A stretch of DNA of 64,000 bases from Clostridia bacterium (GCA_021204825.1 JAJPYR010000052.1:550-64549); one strand, 5' to 3'; numbered from the stretch's first letter, positions 27,478 through 36,161 are shown. Numbers and translations are program-made. Notes: generated from the letters alone by a model not told the origin.

Positions 27478-27554
27478 CAAACTATTCCAACCGCACAGGT
27501 TGAAAATATTCCGCGCTGATTTTTTATTCTTTTGTTCAATATACCTAAAAAACG

Positions 27555-27583
27555 TTTACTTTTTATTGAAAATACTATATAAT
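27555..27583 (+). promoter_or_regulatory. Promoter of XRE-M78/PIN operon
   Basis: TTTACT, 17 nt, TATAAT, then the SD GGAGGTG and the ATG at 27605. It lies about 50 nt from the right end of the IS. Confidence 0.55.
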
Positions 27584-27604
27584 ATAAACATTGGAGGTGA
27601 AATT

Positions 27605-28648
27605 ATGAGTTCATTTAGCAAGAATTTAAGATTTTACAGGTTGAAGAGTGGAATGACGAAGAAGGAGTTGGCGGACAAGTGCCAGCTTACCCCGATGGCA
27701 ATCTCTAATTATGAGAATGGGAAGCGTACCCCTAGATATGATCTTATTGAAGAGATTGCAAATGTGTTGAACGTTCGCTTTGTCGATCTTATTAATACTA
27801 GAGATGAGTCACTGGTTTTCAGTTATGGGGAATTCAGGAAGAGTGAATCTTTAAGTGGCTATCAGGAAGAACTGATAAAGGCGTCCACAGAAGATTACCT
27901 TGACAGTCTTCTCAGTGCTGCTTTTTTCATTTCAGGGAAGGTTTTACCTGACTGTCCTTCTTGTCATGTCCTGAATTTGAGCGACAATATTGAAAATGAT
28001 GCAAAAGCGCTGAGGCAGTATCTTGGTTTCCCTTTAAGCGGACCCATCCCCAATATGATTACTTCACTTGAGAATAAGGGCATACTTGTTTACAAATGTT
28101 ATGACGCCGGGGAGGCTTTTTCTGGTATGAACGGGTTTGTGAATGACAGACCGTTCATAGTGATTAATGGGAATATGAATCCTGAAAGGAATCGCGCAAC
28201 CATGGCACACGAACTCGCACATTTGATGTTTATAAGGGATGATGCAATGTCATCCAAGGCCATAGAGAGCAGGGTTACCGCAATCAGTGGGGCCTTTCTT
28301 ATAGGATTAGCTGATTTACAGCTTGAAGTTGGAATTAAGAGAGATGAAATCACTTCGGACATGCTTATGGTCTGCAAAAAGTATGGAATATCATCCTGCT
28401 TGCTGGTTAGGAGAATGAAAGTAACGGGTATTATAGAAGACAGTCTAGAAGAACAGTTCTATACGGATCATCCTAGCTGGCACGAAGAAGAACCGTCACG
28501 TATACAGGATGAGTCATCAGATTTATTAGAGCAGTTAGTACTCCGTGCTATATCAGAGAGAGAAATCAGCATAATGAAAGGGGCTGAGCTCCTAAAAGAT
28601 AATTATGATGGAGTTCTAAATAGATTAAATAGGATAAGAGAGGGTTAA
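27605..28648 (+). CDS. Fused XRE-HTH / ImmA-IrrE (M78, COG2856) metallopeptidase protein (antitoxin/sensor-like)
   Basis: Start MSSFSKNLRFYRLKSGMTKKELADKCQLTPMAISNYENGKRTP (HTH). HELAHLMF (HExxH) in the central domain. The N-terminal 35 aa of the track ORF are rejected. Confidence 0.85.
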   Translation: MSSFSKNLRFYRLKSGMTKKELADKCQLTPMAISNYENGKRTPRYDLIEEIANVLNVRFVDLINTRDESLVFSYGEFRKSESLSGYQEELIKASTEDYLDSLLSAAFFISGKVLPDCPSCHVLNLSDNIENDAKALRQYLGFPLSGPIPNMITSLENKGILVYKCYDAGEAFSGMNGFVNDRPFIVINGNMNPERNRATMAHELAHLMFIRDDAMSSKAIESRVTAISGAFLIGLADLQLEVGIKRDEITSDMLMVCKKYGISSCLLVRRMKVTGIIEDSLEEQFYTDHPSWHEEEPSRIQDESSDLLEQLVLRAISEREISIMKGAELLKDNYDGVLNRLNRIREG

Positions 28649-29191
28649 ATGACACTAATAAGCAGTGATACTAACATTTGGCTTGATTTTGAAGCCATAG
28701 GGGAACTTGATGTTCCCTTCCTTTTACCTTATACGTACCTGATGGCCAAGAAGGCTATCTCCAAGGAAATTCTTCGCCCTGAAGATCTTGCATTGAGGTT
28801 AAAAAGATATGGTCTGAAAGGAGTAACTCTTGATGAGACCGAAGAGCTTTTGGTGGAATCATATAGCAGCAATAACATGCCCAAGTGCTTTCGCAGACTG
28901 ACCAACTATGACAGGATGGCACTTGCTATAGCAAAAAACCGCGGCATCATGTTGCTAACAGGTGATAACTATTTAAGACAGGCCGCTGAGGCAGAGCACG
29001 TTCCTTATATGGGAACAATCGGGCTTCTGGACAAGCTCAATGAAGCGGGGTTTAGGGAGCAGTACAGCAGGTGTTTGCAGGCCTTTTACAAGGCATTGAA
29101 CGATGTGAGAATTCGTTTACCCAAGGAAGAACTCAAGACCAGATTGGATATTTTGGAAGCGTCTGAAGGAGGTAAGCACACGGATGAATAA
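28649..29191 (+). CDS. PIN-like nuclease domain protein (DUF3368/COG2405-like), putative toxin
   Basis: The ATG directly abuts the upstream TAA (TAAATG). N-terminal SSDTNIWLDF (acidic PIN residue), ...YDRMALAIAKNRGIMLLTGDNYLRQAAEAEHVPYMGTIGLLDKL resembles the PIN C-terminal half. Confidence 0.65.
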   Translation: MTLISSDTNIWLDFEAIGELDVPFLLPYTYLMAKKAISKEILRPEDLALRLKRYGLKGVTLDETEELLVESYSSNNMPKCFRRLTNYDRMALAIAKNRGIMLLTGDNYLRQAAEAEHVPYMGTIGLLDKLNEAGFREQYSRCLQAFYKALNDVRIRLPKEELKTRLDILEASEGGKHTDE

Positions 29192-29226
29192 GGAATGAAT
29201 GAGTCATATTCAGAACGTTATTTCGC

Positions 29227-29255
29227 TTGACACCCTATATGGGCGTGGATATAAT
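29227..29255 (+). promoter_or_regulatory. Promoter of FMN riboswitch-ribU unit
   Basis: TTGACA (29227-29232), 17 nt, TATAAT (29250-29255). Confidence 0.7.
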
Positions 29256-29261
29256 ATAGCC

Positions 29262-29385
29262 GAAAGTTGTTCTTTGAGGCGGGGCGTAATTCCCCACCGG
29301 CAGTATAGTCTGCAAAGAAGGTTTTCCTTCCCGAACAGGTGAGATTCCTGTACCGACAGTTACAGTCTGGATGGTAAAAGACGTA
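29262..29385 (+). promoter_or_regulatory. FMN riboswitch (RFN element) aptamer
   Basis: GTTCTTTGAGGCGGGGCGTAATTCCCCACCGGCAGTATAGTCTGC...GGTGAGATTCCTGTACCGACAGTTACAGTCTGGATGGTAAAAGA matches the conserved RFN core (GGGGnGnAATTCCCCACCGGCGGTA...CCGACAGTnnAGTCTGGATG). Confidence 0.9.
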
Positions 29386-29401
29386 TGCTTTTAGTGTATA
29401 T

Positions 29402-29432
29402 CCGCCCCTCATTGAACCGAGGGGCTTTTTTG
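29402..29432 (+). terminator. Riboswitch expression-platform terminator
   Basis: GCCCCTC-ATTGAACC-GAGGGGC followed by TTTTTT. Confidence 0.8.
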
Positions 29433-29471
29433 TATGAGAGCAGCTTTTAAACCAATAAAGGAAGCTTAATT

Positions 29472-30278
29472 ATGGAAAACGAGAATGTGCAGGATCTGGG
29501 CTCTCTGCAGGATATGGACGGACGGACAGATGAAAGCCAGGATGTGAAGCCGGATGCGGCCTCCTTGGATGCACCGGAGGATGCAGCGTCGCAGGCTGAG
29601 GCTCCTGCGGACGGGCAGATGACTGAGGTTCCCGGGAAGAGAACAGCGGGGGAGAGGTTTGCAGGATACTTTACGGCCACAAGGATAGCATATATAGCCG
29701 TCTTTACGGCCCTGTCATATGTCCTGGGGCTTCTGGACTTTTCCATCCTGCCTGCAGTGCCCTTCCTGAAGGTGGACTTCTCCAATACCTTCGTAATGAT
29801 AGCGGGCTTCTCATTAGGCCCCGTTGCAGGCACCATAGTGGCCGTATTGAAGGAGCTGCTGCATGCCATAACCTTCGGCCAGACAGCGTTTGTGGGAGAG
29901 CTTGCCAACATACTGCTTGTACTGCCGTACATGTTAATACCGGCTATAGCATACCGCAGGCACAAGGGAATAAAGGTCGTAATAGTGACCCTTATTCTTG
30001 GATGCATAGCCCAGTGCATTGTCTGCATTCCGGTAAACTACCTGCTTAACTTCCCGGCATACCTTATGGCCTTCACAGGATGCACATGGCGCGAGGGGAT
30101 GGATTACTTCCTGGATCTCTGGTACTTCGCCCTTGCGTTCAACGCCATCAAGACGGCGCTTGTCTCTGTGGCCACTTTAATCGTATACAAGCCTCTGTCA
30201 AGGCTCATTAAGCTTACGGCGGCCAGGTTTGACAAGATCAAGGCAAAGAGGGAGAAAAACAGGAAGGCCTCCAAGTAA
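29472..30278 (+). CDS. ribU: ECF-transporter S component, riboflavin-specific (RibU-like) with ~55-aa acidic N-terminal extension
   Basis: Polytopic membrane protein (ATRIAYIAVFTALSYVLG...FLKVDFSNTFVMIAGFSLGP) directly controlled by the FMN riboswitch. Confidence 0.8.
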   Translation: MENENVQDLGSLQDMDGRTDESQDVKPDAASLDAPEDAASQAEAPADGQMTEVPGKRTAGERFAGYFTATRIAYIAVFTALSYVLGLLDFSILPAVPFLKVDFSNTFVMIAGFSLGPVAGTIVAVLKELLHAITFGQTAFVGELANILLVLPYMLIPAIAYRRHKGIKVVIVTLILGCIAQCIVCIPVNYLLNFPAYLMAFTGCTWREGMDYFLDLWYFALAFNAIKTALVSVATLIVYKPLSRLIKLTAARFDKIKAKREKNRKASK

Positions 30279-30334
30279 CCTGCAAGGGGCGCCTGGCGCT
30301 CCGGGTTTAAGCCCGGACATCATACAACGGCTAT

Positions 30335-30368
30335 ATCCCGTGCTCTGTGCAGCGCGGGATTCTTTTTT
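30335..30368 (+). terminator. Intrinsic terminator after ribU
   Basis: ATCCCGTGC-8 nt-GCGCGGGAT followed by TCTTTTTT. Confidence 0.7.
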
Positions 30369-30527
30369 GCCTGGGGAAGGCATGCGTCAGGATATGCGTC
30401 AGAGTGTCGCATATCTCCGGGGCTTTTGGAAAAAGTGCGGAATATGTGCCAGGAAAGAGGATGCGGAAGTTGGGCGCAGGATATGGCAAATCTGAGAATT
30501 CAGGGGTAAAAATATGCGGCAAATAAA

Positions 30528-30556
30528 TTGCAAAATGGAAATCATGTGTTTATAAT
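30528..30556 (+). promoter_or_regulatory. Promoter of tsaE-tsaB-rimI (apparently leaderless)
   Basis: TTGCAA, 17 nt, TATAAT (30551-30556). The ATG at 30563 lies 6 nt after the -10 and there is no SD. Confidence 0.5.
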
Positions 30557-30562
30557 ATAGGC

Positions 30563-30967
30563 ATGGCTGAATTCATTTCACACAGTGCAGACGAGACGGT
30601 CTCTTTCGCGGCGGAATATGCCAAAACCCTTAAGGGCGGGGATATTGTGCTGTTAAAGGGAGACCTGGGGGCAGGGAAGACGGTGTTCTGCAAGGGCCTG
30701 GCTTTAGGGCTTGGCCTTGAGGACGAGATTCTGAGCCCCACATATGCCTATATGAATGATTACAGCGGCAGGCTGTACCACTTTGACTGCTACCGCTTAT
30801 CCTGCGGCGAGCAGGCGGAGGGCCTGGGGCTTACGGACTACTTCTATATGGACGGCATATGCGTCATAGAATGGGCTGAGAACATAGCCTCCGTGCTGCC
30901 TTCCGGGTGCAGGCATGTGGAGATTGCAAAGACCGGGGATACTGTGAGGCGTATTTCATATGAATGA
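30563..30967 (+). CDS. tsaE: tRNA t6A37 biosynthesis ATPase TsaE
   Basis: LKGDLGAGKTVFCKGL P-loop, SPTYAY motif. Confidence 0.9.
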   Translation: MAEFISHSADETVSFAAEYAKTLKGGDIVLLKGDLGAGKTVFCKGLALGLGLEDEILSPTYAYMNDYSGRLYHFDCYRLSCGEQAEGLGLTDYFYMDGICVIEWAENIASVLPSGCRHVEIAKTGDTVRRISYE

Positions 30968-31571
30968 TACCTTGAGCTACATAGCTGTGGATACATCCTC
31001 CAGATATCTCACCGTCCTGGCAAAGTGCCGGGGCGGGAAGGCTTTAAGATATACGCCGGAGTGCGCAATGCGCCATTCGGTGATTCTTATGGATGAAATA
31101 TCCAAGGCCCTTTCAGAGGCCGGCATGGAGCCGAAGGATGCGGACTTCTTTGCAGCCGTAACCGGGCCGGGGTCCTTTACGGGCATACGCATAGGGATAT
31201 CCGCCGTCAAAGGCTTCGCCTTGGCCTGCGGGAAGCCCATGATGGGCATAACGTCCTTTGATCTTCTGGCAGACGGCATACGGGACGAGAGGTTTTATGT
31301 TGTCATAGACGCCGGCCATGACCATTATTACGTCCAGGGATATGAAGGAGGCTGCCCCCTGCAGCCTGCGTTCATGCCGGGAGACAAGGTGCGCGCATAT
31401 GACGCCCCTTTGTACGGGTTTGAAGACCTTCCTTTGGACGGTTATACGAGGCTTAACCCCGGGGATATGCTGGAAGGGGCAGTGGAGAGCGGCAGGCATC
31501 CGCTGGGAGACGCCATTGAGGCGCTTTATGTGAGAAAGTCCCAGGCAGAGGAGGCCAGGGAATGCAGATAA
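30960..31571 (+). CDS. tsaB: tRNA t6A37 biosynthesis protein TsaB (YeaZ)
   Basis: IAVDTSS..., GPGSFTGIRIGISAVKG. Overlaps tsaE. Confidence 0.85.
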   Translation: MNDTLSYIAVDTSSRYLTVLAKCRGGKALRYTPECAMRHSVILMDEISKALSEAGMEPKDADFFAAVTGPGSFTGIRIGISAVKGFALACGKPMMGITSFDLLADGIRDERFYVVIDAGHDHYYVQGYEGGCPLQPAFMPGDKVRAYDAPLYGFEDLPLDGYTRLNPGDMLEGAVESGRHPLGDAIEALYVRKSQAEEARECR

Positions 31572-31999
31572 GAGGCTGGAAATACAGGGATATACTGAGA
31601 ATATCCGAGATGGAGAAGGAATGCTTTCCGGAGGAGCCGTGGAGCTTCACCATGCTGGTGACCTGCTTTGAGCAGGAAAGCTTCACGGGCATTGTGTCCA
31701 CAGAGGAGGACGGGGAGATTACGGGTTATGCCGGCATCACCATTGCAGCGGATGAGGCGGACATACAGAACATAGCCGTTTCGGAGCCGTACAGAAACAG
31801 CGGCGTGGGGACAGCCCTTCTGGAGAACCTGCTTGCCAAGGCAAAGGACAAGGGCGTGAAGAAGGTGTTCCTTGAAGTGCGCGTCTCCAACAGCGCGGCC
31901 ATGAGCCTGTATCTCAAGACCGGATTCGTGGGCGTATATGCAAGAACGAGATATTACACGGACGGCGAGGACTGCCTCGTGATGGCAAAGAACATATAG
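31562..31999 (+). CDS. rimI: Ribosomal-protein-alanine N-acetyltransferase (GNAT)
   Basis: IQNIAVSEPYRNSGVGTALLENL acetyl-CoA motif. Canonical tsaE-tsaB-rimI context. Confidence 0.85.
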   Translation: MQIRGWKYRDILRISEMEKECFPEEPWSFTMLVTCFEQESFTGIVSTEEDGEITGYAGITIAADEADIQNIAVSEPYRNSGVGTALLENLLAKAKDKGVKKVFLEVRVSNSAAMSLYLKTGFVGVYARTRYYTDGEDCLVMAKNI

Positions 32000-32057
32000 C
32001 GCGGGAACAGACAGATGTGGTTATTATCCTGTTAATGATGGGGACAGAAGAGGAAAG

Positions 32058-33653
32058 ATGGCTTTCATTTCAGTTGGAAAGACAGCAGAGTGCGTGCTTG
32101 TGGCGGTAATACTTGCAGCCCTTTTGACCGGCTGCTCATACAGAATCATGGGGGTGGTGCAGTCCTCCGGGTTTTCCGGCAAGCGTGCTTTCACGTGGTT
32201 TAAAAAGAAGGACAATCACACATTCGGGCGGCACGGGGTGCTGTTTGTGCTGTGCGCCCTCTCTTCTGCCGTCATAGGGCTGTGCTTTGCCTTTGCCGGC
32301 ACATGGGGCGGGGTATGCTCACTTGTGCCCGTCATTGCCTTCCTTATACTGTACATCTGGGCGGACAACACGAGGGCCGTATATGTGCTGGTGGAGAAGA
32401 CCCCCCGCATAACGAGGGTCATGGTCATAGACTTCGTACTGTACGCCATATTCTGCTACATAGCCGTGGCCCTTTTGAACTTCGGTGACAACGTATGGGG
32501 CAACACATACTTTTCCCTGCTCCGCTACGTGCCCATGTCCCTCTTTGTCCTTCTGCTCATACCCGTCACCCTTCTTGCAAACCTTGTTTCCAAGGCATAT
32601 GACGTCCCGCACGGCAAAAAGTACCTCAGGGCCGCAAAGGAGAAGATTGCGGCTTCGGACATTAAGATAATAGGAATAAGCGGCAGCGCAGGCAAGGCCG
32701 TCACCAAGTCCGTCCTTCATGACCTTCTGGGAAAGAAGTACAGGGTCTTCTCAACCGTCCGCGCCCATTACACGCCGCTCGGCATCTCCAAGGCCTTAGT
32801 GGGTGTGAACATGTCGGACTATGACATTTTCATCGTAGAGATGAAGGCCCGCTACGCAGGGGACGTTGCGCGCCTCTGCGACATCCTTCCCCCGGACTGC
32901 TCCATTACCACGGACATATGCGCGGAGCATGCGGAAGCCTTCGGCACGAAAGAGAACATGATAGCCGCCAACGGCGAGCTCCTATCCCTCACAAAGGGCC
33001 TCAACATAATAGCGGACTCCTGCTGGGAGGACTTTTCCTCCGCCAGGACGGAGGGCGCCAAAGAGAGGGAATGCTGCGTATCCGGAATACAGTGCTCCAC
33101 AGAGGGCACCACGTTCACCCTTACCTTAGGCGGCGAGGCCAGGGAGATACACACAAAGCTCCTCGGGGAGTTTACGGCTCACTGCATTGGCCTGGCTGCG
33201 CAGATGGCCTTCTCCTTAGGGCTTACAATAGATGAGATAGCAGACGGCCTGGCCACAACAGACTGCGTGGAGCACAGGCTCCAGCACACAGACAAGGACG
33301 GCGTCATTGTACTGGATGACATGCGCGCCTCAACCCTCACGGAGGCCCGCTCCGCAGCCGGCGTCCTTGCAACGCATGAAGGGCGCAGGATTGTTATCAC
33401 GGGCGGCCTTTCAGAGCTGGGAGTAATGGAGCCGGAGGAGAACCGGGAGCTCGGCGCCTCGCTCCTCTGCGCAGATGAGATCATCTTAATCGGCACGACC
33501 CTCGTCAAGGATGTCCAGAAGGGATACCATGCCGCAGGCGGCAGGGAAGAGAACGTCAAGATATTCAACACGGAAGCCAAGGCCAGGGATTACCTTGCAT
33601 CAATCCAGACTGCAGGGGACTGCGTCCTGTACCTGGACGTTGAAGTGGAGTAG
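32058..33653 (+). CDS. Mur-ligase-family (MurF-like) protein with N-terminal ~190-aa multi-TM domain and atypical P-loop
   Basis: N-terminal hydrophobic helices, then IIGISGSAGKAVTKS (GKA instead of GKT/S), EMKARYAGDV, TTDICAEHAEAFG, VEHRLQ, LDDMRAS, collinear with MurF motifs. Confidence 0.65.
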   Translation: MAFISVGKTAECVLVAVILAALLTGCSYRIMGVVQSSGFSGKRAFTWFKKKDNHTFGRHGVLFVLCALSSAVIGLCFAFAGTWGGVCSLVPVIAFLILYIWADNTRAVYVLVEKTPRITRVMVIDFVLYAIFCYIAVALLNFGDNVWGNTYFSLLRYVPMSLFVLLLIPVTLLANLVSKAYDVPHGKKYLRAAKEKIAASDIKIIGISGSAGKAVTKSVLHDLLGKKYRVFSTVRAHYTPLGISKALVGVNMSDYDIFIVEMKARYAGDVARLCDILPPDCSITTDICAEHAEAFGTKENMIAANGELLSLTKGLNIIADSCWEDFSSARTEGAKERECCVSGIQCSTEGTTFTLTLGGEAREIHTKLLGEFTAHCIGLAAQMAFSLGLTIDEIADGLATTDCVEHRLQHTDKDGVIVLDDMRASTLTEARSAAGVLATHEGRRIVITGGLSELGVMEPEENRELGASLLCADEIILIGTTLVKDVQKGYHAAGGREENVKIFNTEAKARDYLASIQTAGDCVLYLDVEVE

Positions 33654-33735
33654 CCGCTCCCCGGTACCCTGTCCGGCGCATCCCTCGCACGCGCGTGCGC
33701 GGAACATCCTGCCTAAGAACACCCATCACCTGGCA

Positions 33736-33766
33736 GCACCCGGCTATTTATGGCCGGGTGCTTTTA
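33736..33766 (+). terminator. Intrinsic terminator after Mur-ligase-like gene
   Basis: GCACCCGGC-8 nt-GCCGGGTGC followed by TTTT. Confidence 0.75.
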
Positions 33767-34115
33767 TGACCCGGCCCATTCGTCCGGTCCGTTCTGTCTG
33801 TCCGTCCCTTCTGTCTGTGGGCATCCTGCCCTTCATGGGCACTCATGGATCCGGTCCTGTATGGGCACCTGTTTCCCCTGTCCCGCATACGGCTCCCGCC
33901 TGCGCCTGTCTGCTGCCGGCACATCCCTTCTCCAGGTCTGTCCCCGGCACCCGTGCATCCTTGCGTGGCATGCCGGCGGAAGTCCCCCGGCAGCCACATC
34001 CGGTCACATCCGGCCGCAGATTTAAGGCGTTCAAACGCTTGCTAAAAGGAAGGGGTTTAAGATATAATTTTTGCCAGAAGATACTGCATGAAGCACACAA
34101 GGCAAAGGAGGCATC

Positions 34116-35330
34116 ATGGCTAAGATACAGATGAAGACGCCCATTGTGGAGATGGACGGGGATGAGATGACCAGGATTCTGTGGGGGTGGATAAAGGACA
34201 TCCTTATCCTTCCGTATGTGGACCTCAGGACAGAGTATTATGATCTCTCACTCGTCAAGAGGGATGAGACGGAGGACCAGATAACCATAGACGCCGCAGA
34301 GGCTACAAAGCGCCTGGGCGTGGCTGTGAAGTGCGCCACCATAACCCCCAACGCACAGCGCGTGGAGGAGTACCATCTCAAGAAGATGTGGAAGAGCCCC
34401 AACGGCACGGTGCGCCGCATACTGGACGGCACCGTCTTCCGCAAGCCCATACTGGTAAAGGGAATCACCCCGTACGTTCCCGGCTGGACCAAGCCCATTG
34501 CCATTGCCCGTCATGCATACGGCGACATATACAACTCCGTTGAGACAAAGGTCTCAAAGGGAGACAGCGCATACCTCGTAATCCAGGACAGTGACGGCAA
34601 CGAAGTGTCCCGCCAGCTCATTCATTCCTTCGGCACCGGGGACGGCATCGTGCAGGGCATACACAACCTGGATGACTCCATCCGTGCCTTTGCGAGAAGC
34701 TGCTTCAACTACGGCCTCTCTGAGAAGCTCCCCGTATGGTTCGGCGCCAAGGATACCATCTCCAAGACTTATGACCACCGGTTCAAGGACATCTTCAACG
34801 AGATCTTTGAGGCGGAGTACAAAGAGGCCTTTGACGAGGCCGGCCTGTACTTCATGTACACGCTCATAGATGACATCGTGGCTCGCGTGATGCGCTCCGA
34901 AGGCGGCATGCTCTGGGTATGCAGGAACTATGACGGTGATGTCATGAGCGACATGGTTGCCACCGCATACGGCTCCCTTGGCATGATGAGCTCCGTCCTT
35001 GTATCTCCGGACGGCAAGTACGAGTACGAGGCCGCTCACGGCACGGTAACCCGCCACTACTACAAGTATCTCAAGGGAGAGGAGACCTCCACAAACTCCG
35101 TTGCAACTATCTGGGCCTGGACCGGCGCCCTTGCAAAGCGCGGCGAGCTGGATGACATTCCCGAGCTCGTATCCTTCGCCAAGAAACTTGAGAAGGCCAC
35201 ACTGGACACCATTGAGAGCGGCTATATGACCGGAGACCTCATTCCCATGTTCCGCTCCGAGGGCATAACACCCGTCAAGATGAACTCCATCCAGTTCCTG
35301 CAGGCCATAGCCTCCAGGCTGGAGAAGTAA
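34116..35330 (+). CDS. icd: NADP-dependent isocitrate dehydrogenase, eukaryote-like (type II) homodimeric form
   Basis: PIVEMDGDEMTRILWGWIKDILILPYVDL...KCATITPN is characteristic of IDH1/2-type enzymes. TTGCTA, 18 nt, TATAAT promoter upstream. Confidence 0.9.
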   Translation: MAKIQMKTPIVEMDGDEMTRILWGWIKDILILPYVDLRTEYYDLSLVKRDETEDQITIDAAEATKRLGVAVKCATITPNAQRVEEYHLKKMWKSPNGTVRRILDGTVFRKPILVKGITPYVPGWTKPIAIARHAYGDIYNSVETKVSKGDSAYLVIQDSDGNEVSRQLIHSFGTGDGIVQGIHNLDDSIRAFARSCFNYGLSEKLPVWFGAKDTISKTYDHRFKDIFNEIFEAEYKEAFDEAGLYFMYTLIDDIVARVMRSEGGMLWVCRNYDGDVMSDMVATAYGSLGMMSSVLVSPDGKYEYEAAHGTVTRHYYKYLKGEETSTNSVATIWAWTGALAKRGELDDIPELVSFAKKLEKATLDTIESGYMTGDLIPMFRSEGITPVKMNSIQFLQAIASRLEK

Positions 35331-35478
35331 CCCCTCCGGCCCTCACTGTCCGTACAGTCCGCAGATAAAAATTCCGGGGAATCCCTGCAGCACTGGATAA
35401 AAATCTTTGGCAAACACCTGTACAGACTGGAAAAATCCGGAGAAATCACCCGCCAGGGAGCGGGAAGGGAGTTAAGAG

Positions 35479-35955
35479 ATGTACTGCAAGATATGCGGAG
35501 CAAAGCTGGATGATGACGCAAGATTCTGTCCCATGTGCGGGACGGCGGTGAACCGTGAGCCTGCAGGGCTGGAGTCAGATGATCCGTTTGACATTCCGGA
35601 CAATACAAAAGCCGGCAGCGCAGGAGGCGCATCCGGTCCCAATGCAGGACAGGCACAGCAGAACAGCCAGGGCCAGGAATATTCCCGGCAGGCGCCGCCC
35701 CAGGGCGGCTATTACCAGCAGCCTCCGTATTACTATCCTCCGCAGCCTGTGCCCCAGTCCAGTGATGCAAGAAGCGGCGGCTTTGCGGCTCTGTGTTTCT
35801 TCTTCCCCATCGTTGGCCTCATCCTGTACATAATATGGCATGACACCCTTCCCTTAAGGGCAAAATCCTGCGGCAAGGGAGCCCTGGCAGGGGTTATTAC
35901 TTACATCTGCCTGATTATAGTGTATGTTATTATTGTCGCGGCTGTTCTGGCGTGA
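35479..35955 (+). CDS. Zinc-ribbon membrane protein with Q/P/G/Y-rich linker
   Basis: MYCKICGAKLDDDARFCPMCG zinc ribbon, a low-complexity middle and two C-terminal TM helices. Confidence 0.75.
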   Translation: MYCKICGAKLDDDARFCPMCGTAVNREPAGLESDDPFDIPDNTKAGSAGGASGPNAGQAQQNSQGQEYSRQAPPQGGYYQQPPYYYPPQPVPQSSDARSGGFAALCFFFPIVGLILYIIWHDTLPLRAKSCGKGALAGVITYICLIIVYVIIVAAVLA

Positions 35956-36003
35956 TAAGCACAAGTGCAGCTGCCTGCTCATTCATTATGATAAGCTAAG
36001 CAA

Positions 36004-36030
36004 AAGGCCGTCCCGCAAGGGGACGGCCTT
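36004..36030. terminator. 11-bp GC-rich hairpin (possible bidirectional terminator)
   Basis: AAGGCCGTCCC-GCAAG-GGGACGGCCTT flanked by A-runs. The U-tract is better on the minus strand. Confidence 0.4.
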
Positions 36031-36133
36031 AAAAAAACATTGCCCACGGAAAAGGACGGAAGGAGACAGCCTGCCGGCCCGGAGCCGGGACCGGCCAGAG
36101 GGACCGGGCCAGAGGGAGCGGGGCCAGGAGGAC

Positions 36134-36161
36134 AAAAAAACTGCGTCAACTAGTGACGCAG
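36134..36161 (-). terminator. Intrinsic terminator of orphan small transcript
   Basis: CTGCGTCA-5 nt-TGACGCAG. On the minus strand it is followed by TTTTTTT (A7 at 36134-36140 on plus). Confidence 0.8.

Larger units (their letters stand above)
25492..27502 (+). mobile_element. Insertion sequence (2,011 bp), ISLre2/ISKra4-like DDE transposase
   Basis: Perfect 19-bp terminal inverted repeats: CAACCTGTGCGGTTGGAAT (25492-25510) and its reverse complement (27484-27502). Flanked by an 8-bp direct repeat AAAATATT (25484-25491 and 27503-27510). Confidence 0.9.

Noticed and set aside
33511-34134. ORFs 33511-34134 (+), 33748-33999 (-), 33843-34100 (-) and others in the GC-rich spacer.
   Set aside because: They mutually overlap in several frames, give Pro/Arg/Cys-rich translations, and have no SD. 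These are typical spurious ORFs of GC-rich non-coding DNA.
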